Position numbers and translations under genes: made by a program. DNA of 64,000 nt from Daphnia carinata (lineage: Eukaryota), in NCBI RefSeq assembly GCF_022539665.2, contig NC_081331.1, positions 10,788,001-10,852,000 of the forward strand, read 5' to 3'. A model generated the notes under the pieces. The model was not told the origin of the DNA, searched no databases, and saw nothing but the letters and a program-made list of their open reading frames with translations. Shown here one piece after another: positions 56,601-64,000 of the stretch (position 1 is its first letter; every line of letters begins with the position of its first letter).

Positions 56601-59600
56601 GAAATTGGGTCAGTCCCGAGCGCACGAACCCGTTGCGGTACTTAAAGTCTGGGCGAAAATCGGGAATCCATACATGCGATCGATGCATAGCGTAGCCATA
56701 AAACAAGAGAATTTATCTACAACTTAACAAGCAAAAAGCAAGACCGCGAGAAAGGTTTGAGATTAAGGCCAGCGGGACGACGGACCGCGGCCGCCCGATG
56801 CGCTTTAAAAGAGAGAGAGAGAGAATTGGAAATGTGATGGCGCGATTTTGATTTCTTTCCGTTCTCGTATTAGATATACGTAAGCTTTCTCTCTCCTCGT
56901 TCTGAAACGCGTGATCCCGCTCACGCTGTGGGGAGAGCCCACACGCGGTGCTAGACACCAGACAACAAAGCAACGGCTTGTAGCAACTTTCTATGGCGCG
57001 ATGGTTCTCTTTCCTTTCTTTTTTTTTTCTGAAGATATAAATGTCATCATTTTTTTAAGCTTAAAAATTTCTCTATTTTCACCTTATTGAATTTAAAATG
57101 AGCGTTGCTGGCTTTCACGGAGCAAGATGAATTGGAAAAATTCAAGAAGTGGCGCATTAACCTTCTTTCTTGTTGCCATTTTTCCCGTCATTGTCACCTA
57201 CTTATCTATTACGTTTTAGGAAAACTGTTTCGTGCGAATCAAACTGGCAGCGCTTTTCTTATCCTTTTGGTATTATTTATTATCTTTTTTTTTTTTTTCC
57301 CGAGTACATCCGGGTTATCCCGTGAAAGAAAAAGAAAGACGTTGCACTGGTCCATCAGCCCCAAAGCGCTACTGCCCTAGATGCATTGGCCGAACAATAA
57401 CGAGTTGATGATCTTTCATCATTCTGCCATCTTTCCACTTTCCTACGAATTCGGGGGTGGGTGGGTTGGTTGATTTTAAAATTGCTTATGTATCAGCGCC
57501 AGTTACTTTCGTGCCTGTCATTCACTGCAAATCGGAGCAATTTCACAGCAATCAAAACGCCTTGCAAAGAATGGCATTTTTGAATGATTGGCAAATGGTT
57601 GGGTTACCTAACCAATGGTTCGTTACAAGATTCTTCTCAACACAAACAGTGGGAAGCCGTTATTTGACATTTCTTTTGATCCAAGACTTTGTCCAATTGT
57701 TCAGTTCCTTTCGACGAAAGCATAGCGTTGCATATCATTTGTCGGCGTGAATTTTTAGGGTCTTTTGAAAGAGGCTCTAGTTGCGGTAGTTATTACTGTA
57801 ATTGAAACACTCAGCCAATGATCGACTTCGTGTACTCACGCAAAGAATTAAAAACCGCTCTAATTAGAGCCATTGATTTTTTTTTTTTTTCTTCTTTCAT
57901 TCTGCTCCGAGATTTCGTTCCTTTTGAATGTTCACAATTCTTTTGTTTCATTTCTCTTTTCACGATTTCTAGGTGTATGCAAAGCCGACACGGGTGCCAA
58001 CACTTATTATGGCCGCTTGATTGGTTCGCTGGAATCGCAGTATCACGGAATCCGAGGCGATGTCTACGCCGTAGACGCCAGGACCCTCTTCATCAAGGGC
58101 TTCTCCTACGACGGCAAAGGACAAGGTAACTCGTGCTGCTTCGTTTGATTTTCTTCTTCTTTTTTTTTTTTTTTTTACTTAAAAAAAAAAAAAACGCGAT
58201 GACTCGATCAAGTCCTGGTCAATCAGAATAATAACATGGTCTCGGTATAATTTCATCAAACCCGGTTCAAAAGGTCGTCGTGATCGCCAACGGGATTGAA
58301 TCTTAATTCCATTACAAAAAAAAAATGCGGAGAAGGAGAGCTCTCATGCTATCTGTTTATCATTCAAAAAATTCCCTATTGAATAATCCCGTTTTTAATT
58401 TGCATTCGTTTTAACGAAACATCGTGACGTAACAGAACTTTTTCTTTTTCCTCGTTGTCGAATAGATGCGCTATTCTACGCCGGATCTTCATCCAGAGTC
58501 GGAACGGATGGCTTCGTCGTTCCCAACGAAGACGGCTCGTAAGTTTTCATTTTTCAAAAAAGATCAGTTATGTTTCCTCCTTTTTTTTTTTTTTTTTTTT
58601 TTTTCGTCTTGAATTCTTACCAGCGACGCAACAGACGGTCGCAACGTTATGTTTGGTTAAGCGTTACATATCTGCCCTTTTTTTTTTGTCTTTTCATAGA
58701 ACGGAAAGCCTTTCTAGAGCTTATGAAGACCAAGACTTAACGCTGACGTTACCCGAAGGCAAAACCATCAAAGAAATCCGTTGGTTGACTGTATGGAGTC
58801 GATCCTTTTCGGTGCGTACATTCAGCATAAGAATCTACTCAAGAGTTCAAAATTACGTCATAATCCTTTTCCATAATAACAGGAGGCTTTTGGCGAAGTT
58901 AAAGTACCAGCCGGTTTTGATTACCCGCGTCCCCAACGACTGACGCCGCTCTCCGGCATTCATCAAGTCGCTTCAGATCGTATCTACGTCGTCGACGCTC
59001 AGACTTTCCTGTTGCCCAATTTCACGTACGACGGACAAGCTCCTGGTAGGGTCGTGAAAAAAAGAAACAAAGTTTTTAATAATAAATTATAAAAAAAACA
59101 CGGTGGTCGAGTAAAAACGAATCGTTTGTTGCAACATATTTCAGATGCCTTTTTCTGGGTGGGTACGGGCCCCAAGCCGAGCCAGGAGGGAGCGCAAGTG
59201 CCCGATGAGAACGGCAAAACTGACCCGCTTCGTCGCTACGACACTAAAACGCTCGTTCTGACTCTGCCCGGCGATTTGACCGTTTTCGACGTTGAATGGC
59301 TGAGTATCTGGTGTAGGGCTTACGGCATCGATTTCGGCCACATCCGCATCCCCAAGAACCTCAATGTGCCTCCATCGCTGAAAATGCTCGGCGTCGCACC
59401 TCAGGTAAGATCCTTTCCGCTTTAAATACGAAAAAAGAAAATCTGTCAGTCGTTTGCGGGTTCTGGCGTACGGTATTTACACATGCATGTGTGTGTGCGT
59501 GTTAACCTACTATGCATATGTTCCTCACTAAACCGGATTTTCGTTCATCCGCCCGCTAAATTAGCAGAAAATAGACCGAGACCAGCTATACCTCCCCTCC

Positions 59601-62600
59601 TCTTACTAAAAATAACAGACCCCCGAAAACAATGGCATTCAAAAGTCCCCATTTTCTTTTCTTGCATAAAATAATGCAATGGGCCAGTAGTGAAGGATTT
59701 ACGCTAGTTAAACACGGAAGAGGTTTTTGAATGCCTTGCCAGCGGCACTCGTGGCTTGGCTGTATCCGCACCACTAATAACAACGGCAATAATTTAAAAA
59801 AAATAATAAATAAATAAATAATTATTATTTTGCGTTAATGCGTTGGATATCGTAAGCGGTCCCTTTCTATTTGATTGTTAATAGAGTCTATATAACACGT
59901 CACGCTTGACATTATTCTTCTCTCCCCGCTTAGCGAAGTGTTACAATCCTGAACTACTATTCCTAACAAGGTGAACCATTCCGTGAACCGGTTATTGTGT
60001 GACATTATTTAAATTAAATTCCATTTTACCGCTAACGTATTCTTTATGTGGTAAGGCAAATGAAAATAACTTCCTTCAAATAATTCTGTCTAACGAACGG
60101 ATGAGTCGTCCGCACCTCCTTCTACTACCTATCATTTCTCTCGTCTTCTTCTTTCTGCTCCCGTTTTTTTTTTTTTTTACACGCACGTTATGCACCAGCC
60201 GGACGACGACATCTACAACAAAGTGCTGATCGGTGATGGTAATAAGCCACGAACGGCTCCGTTAGCTCGACGAAGAGCGCCTCAGTACACCAATCAACCG
60301 CAACAGAATGCACGCCCTCTTCAGCAGCGCGATACGCGTCGTCCAGTAGGTCCAGCACCAACAAAAATTGTAGCACCTGCCAACCGACTGCAATCTTTTC
60401 CCGCATTCTATTCACGCTCCGTTCCTGTCCGTCACTTCAACAGAGCCGTTTAGAGTAACACCCGAACGTTACGATCTTCTCTATTAGTTTTTTTTTTTTT
60501 TTTTACCTTCACACGCTTTACTCAGTTTTCCAACAGCATAGAGTTATTAAGTACTTTATATAAATAAAAAAAAATACTAAAAAAAAAATAATAATAATCG
60601 AGAAATGTTTAGCGAAGAGGTTTTTTCTTTGTTTCCGTTAGCTTGTTATTATTCTCATCCTTCTTCACTCGCTATCCACTTTGTACGTGTGCGTGTGTGT
60701 GTGTTTGTAAAAGAAAGAAGAAAGACACACTTTGAAGCTGAAATAAAGCTGGTCTTTTTTTCCAACCTGTTTGTTTCTTCGTCAACCTGTTCTTTTCCTT
60801 TTTTTTTTTTTTTTTCAAGATTTACGTTGCCAACTGTTCCACAACTCGCCCAGCCCATCGGTTCCGTTTACATTTTTGTTGTTGTTGTGTGTTCATTTTC
60901 TTTTTCTTTTTTGTTTAAGAAATTCACCCGGTCACCTCTAACTGTAAATTTTTTCTCTTTTTTTTTTGGTTCATTGGTCGACCTTGTCTTGATTTACGTG
61001 AATTTAGGCGAAGCTCAATTGTGAAGTGCTCTGGGATGACTTGGCGCTCGAGGTCCGCTGGGCGGTGGCCGGAGAGACTATCGTCCTGCAATTGGTCGGC
61101 AAAATTGGTACACCTCTTTCTGTTGCTCTCGATTTATTTCTTTTTTTTTTTAGGCTTTTTTCATGAAAATAAATTTTGTTTTGACTATTTCCGTATAGAT
61201 GACGGACAATATGTGGCGTTCGGACCCAGTGGCGATTCAAAAAGAACTAGGATGATCGGTGCTGACGTGGCTGTTGGTTGGTTGGATCGTGAGAGTGGCA
61301 AAGGCTTTGTTCACGATCATTACATGACATCGAAATCGGCTTGTACGGCCGGAAAGGGAGTGTGTCAGGATACCCAGTCCGCTCGTGGAACCAACAATAT
61401 CCGACTGCTCAATGCTGCACTCGTCAATGATTACGTCATGCTGACTTACCAAAGGCCCCTCAAGGCACAGGATGAACAGGACAAAAGCATCATCACCAAT
61501 GGAACCCAGGCCGTCATTTGGGCTGTTGGACCACTCAGTTCAGACAATGAACCCACTTACCATAAACTCAGGAATAAAGGTAAGCATTCATTTGTATGCT
61601 AATAGTCTTGTGTTGACCGTTACATTAATTTTGTTTTTTTTTGTTTTTGTTTTTTTCATTTCCAGGTGATTTATTAATCGATTTTGGACGGTCACCTTTC
61701 TGGAACTGTCCGGCTCCGGAAGATCCGTCAGCAACGTCTGGTTCGGTTACCGTTCCATCTGTTCAACGACGACCGACCACAGAAGACAATCGCTGGTCTT
61801 CTTTAGATGGCAATTCAGTCGCACCCAATACCCAATTGTTGGCCAAGTACCAACCACCTCAACCACCTTCCCAACCTTCTCCACCCGCCGTGTCTAACAA
61901 AGTACCTTGGTATATCCCAGCTATCGAATGTAACGAACCTGAGAATCACGTCTATTACGCTCATCTTGGTCCGAACGGTGGCAGCCAAGGTTACAACGCC
62001 ATTACAGGTATAAACCAGTTAACTGAATCGTGAGATAGATCACATTATCAAAATGAGCGTGTTGAATATTTCATTGATTTAACGATGACAGGCAATCTTG
62101 GCTGGGGAGTTTCGTGGTTCATTAACGGATTACTCATTCCCGAAGTGACTGTCGTTCGTGGCGAGACTTACACATTTGTGGTAGAAGGTGGCCAAGACCC
62201 AGATCGCCCGTCTCGTTATCATCCATTCTACATTACAGATGATCCTGAAGGTGGTTATGAATTCAAAACACCCGACGAGAGATCTGTAAGCGACTTGCCA
62301 TTAGAAACATCAAAGACACAAATAATAAAATCAAAACTGATTATACTCTCCGTTTGCAGAAAATCAGAATATTTGCTGGTGTAACTTACGACCGTGATGG
62401 CAATCCCGTTTCATCGGCCCAGGGCCGCCTGTGTGAATGGGTCGAAGATCCTACCCAACCGGCCGACAAGTTCACCTCGTTCGGAGCTTATCAGAGAACA
62501 TTGAAACTTCATTGTGAAGAAGGTGAACCAGCCATTATGCAATTTAAGCCGGACGTAAACACACCTGACACGGTTTACTATCAGGTTTGTTTGTTTTTGT

Positions 62601-64000
62601 TTTTTTACTATTATTTCACTGAGAATGTCGTATCGATAACCTGTATGTTTCGTCATTCCTTACAGTCTTACGTCCACCGATATTTGGGCTGGAAAATCCG
62701 AGTTGTTGACAGCTGCGACCTGGACCATAACAATCGCAAAGCTGGAACCTCAGGGCAACCATCCGATGCGTTCAGTCCAGCTTCCAAACGACCTTCAGAA
62801 GACGAACAGAGAGAATATCCAGATTACTACGAGGACGATGTACCTCGAATTCCCGAGATTAAAAAAATCGATAACGTCGAACCTTCAAACACGATGGATT
62901 TCGCGCCGGAATATCGAGCACCTGAAAGCGAATTCTTTCCGGAAAATGCGTTCGGTAGCCACTTCCCATCTGAGTTCGAAGATTTTTTCAGAGATTCAGG
63001 TTTTGGCAGCAGAGATGAGGGCAGACCTGTTCCACAACGGACTACGGTACCGCCGCAGCGTCCTACAGCGCCGCCGCCGCGTCCCACAGCACCAACACGT
63101 CCCACAGTACCGCAACGATATTATTCAACTCAAGCACCAACTGCGCCTCCTACAGCACCGCCAACATTACCTCCAGTTAAACCAACTAAACCAGCACCTG
63201 CCGTTGTGAGACCAACCGAACCACCTCGCCAGATTGCACCGCAGGTCGCCGTTAAGGCAGAAGAACAGAAACCCCACATCAATATTCCCATCCCTGGGCC
63301 GGTGAAGCAGCTGACTAAGCTAATCCAACACACGTCCAATTTCCGCCAGCGACCCAATTTGCAACATCACCAGAGAGAACCATTGCCTAATCAAGAACCT
63401 GCCGAACCCCGTCCGTTGATTCCCGATAGGCAGCAAGATAGGTCGGCGCAATCAGAAAGGCCAGCGTGGAGCCCGCCGTCAAACGAACAGCATAATAATA
63501 ATTTCAATGCCAAGGAAGTTATTCCTACAAGAATTAATCCACCACCTGTTCAGTCTTACTCGTTCAATCCGCAAGCCGGAGGTGTTTTCAACCCGAATAC
63601 TATCATCCTGGAGAGCGGATTCAAACCTATACGTAACGTGGATGGACCTATACCTCCGCTAGGATTTGACGTCGAACCTCAGAACGTGGAAGGGAAAGGC
63701 ATCGGCGCTGAAGATCCGAGGGTCACCAGCGAATCACCTAGTCTAGTCACGTTGGATCCAGTTTTCGTCGCATCCGAACAAGATCACCGCAGACCGAAGG
63801 AACCCGTACCGATTACATTACCAAAGGCTGTTGTTCCAGTTGTCCCAGGACCGTCTATGCCAGCTCCGAGGTTCCCTCCGCACCACGAAGCCAATCATCA
63901 AGTGAATCATCCCAGTCCGCAGCAATTTAAACCGCACCCGACGCCTCCAACGCTTCCCGCACAACGTCCGCAACCCCGTCCTCCTCAGTTTAGCGGACAG
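53679..64000 (+). CDS. Skeletor: Skeletor-like secreted protein (2 DM13, DOMON, cupredoxin-like region, Pro-rich tail); 3' partial
   Basis: Signal exon MGNSSIACMLVLLIA|; 4.2-kb intron; YYGRLIGSL...HGIRGDVYAVDARTLFIKGFSYDG (DM13), second DM13 DAFFWVG...WLSIWCRAYGIDFG, DOMON NCEVLWDDLALEVRWAV...MIGADVAVGW, WFINGLLIPEVTVVRGETYTFVVEGG...YHPFYITDD, long Pro-rich exon with FNPNTIILESGFKPI still open at window end. Confidence 0.9.
60199..60453 (+). CDS. Skeletor: Putative alternative terminal exon of the Skeletor-like gene
   Basis: Polypyrimidine tract and CAG acceptor (60196-60198), phase 0 like the donor at 59405; 84 codons PDDDIYNKVLIG...RHFNRAV*; AATAAA near 60563. Confidence 0.6.
   Translation, partial: PDDDIYNKVLIGDGNKPRTAPLARRRAPQYTNQPQQNARPLQQRDTRRPVGPAPTKIVAPANRLQSFPAFYSRSVPVRHFNRAV

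Noticed and set aside
50236..57750. Many Phe/Lys-rich ORFs in the Nedd4 3' region and Skeletor intron 1
   Set aside because: Products of poly-T/poly-A tracts; no domain motifs or consistent splice structure.

Overview
Eukaryotic, gene-dense arthropod DNA with very short (about 55-95 nt) GT-AG introns and RR-type cuticle genes; most consistent with a cladoceran crustacean such as Daphnia (inference). Gene order: degenerate BTB fragment (-), tektin (+), FBXO21-like (-), cuticle cluster 1 (A1+, B1-, B2-, A2+), an ankyrin-repeat/Mab-21 (cGAS-like, cGLR) nucleotidyltransferase (-) head-to-head with Bre1 (+), a four-Kunitz secreted inhibitor (+), a decayed zone with a thrice-repeated element, two cuticle pseudogenes and an ankyrin remnant, cuticle cluster 2 (B3+, B4+), an intronless divergent PUR-repeat protein with an unexplained resolvase-like C-terminus (-) head-to-head with RNF126/115-like (+), TPGS2 (+), two DGCR2-like VWC membrane proteins (+), Nedd4 (+) and Skeletor-like DM13/DOMON gene (+, runs off the window). 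The most interesting candidate system is the ANK-cGLR, which keeps its catalytic motif and could be an innate-immune cyclic-nucleotide synthase. Next are the PUR fusion ORF, a cryptic acidic alternative first exon in Nedd4 and a PPxY membrane protein beside Nedd4. Exon boundaries were read by eye; no database search was run.
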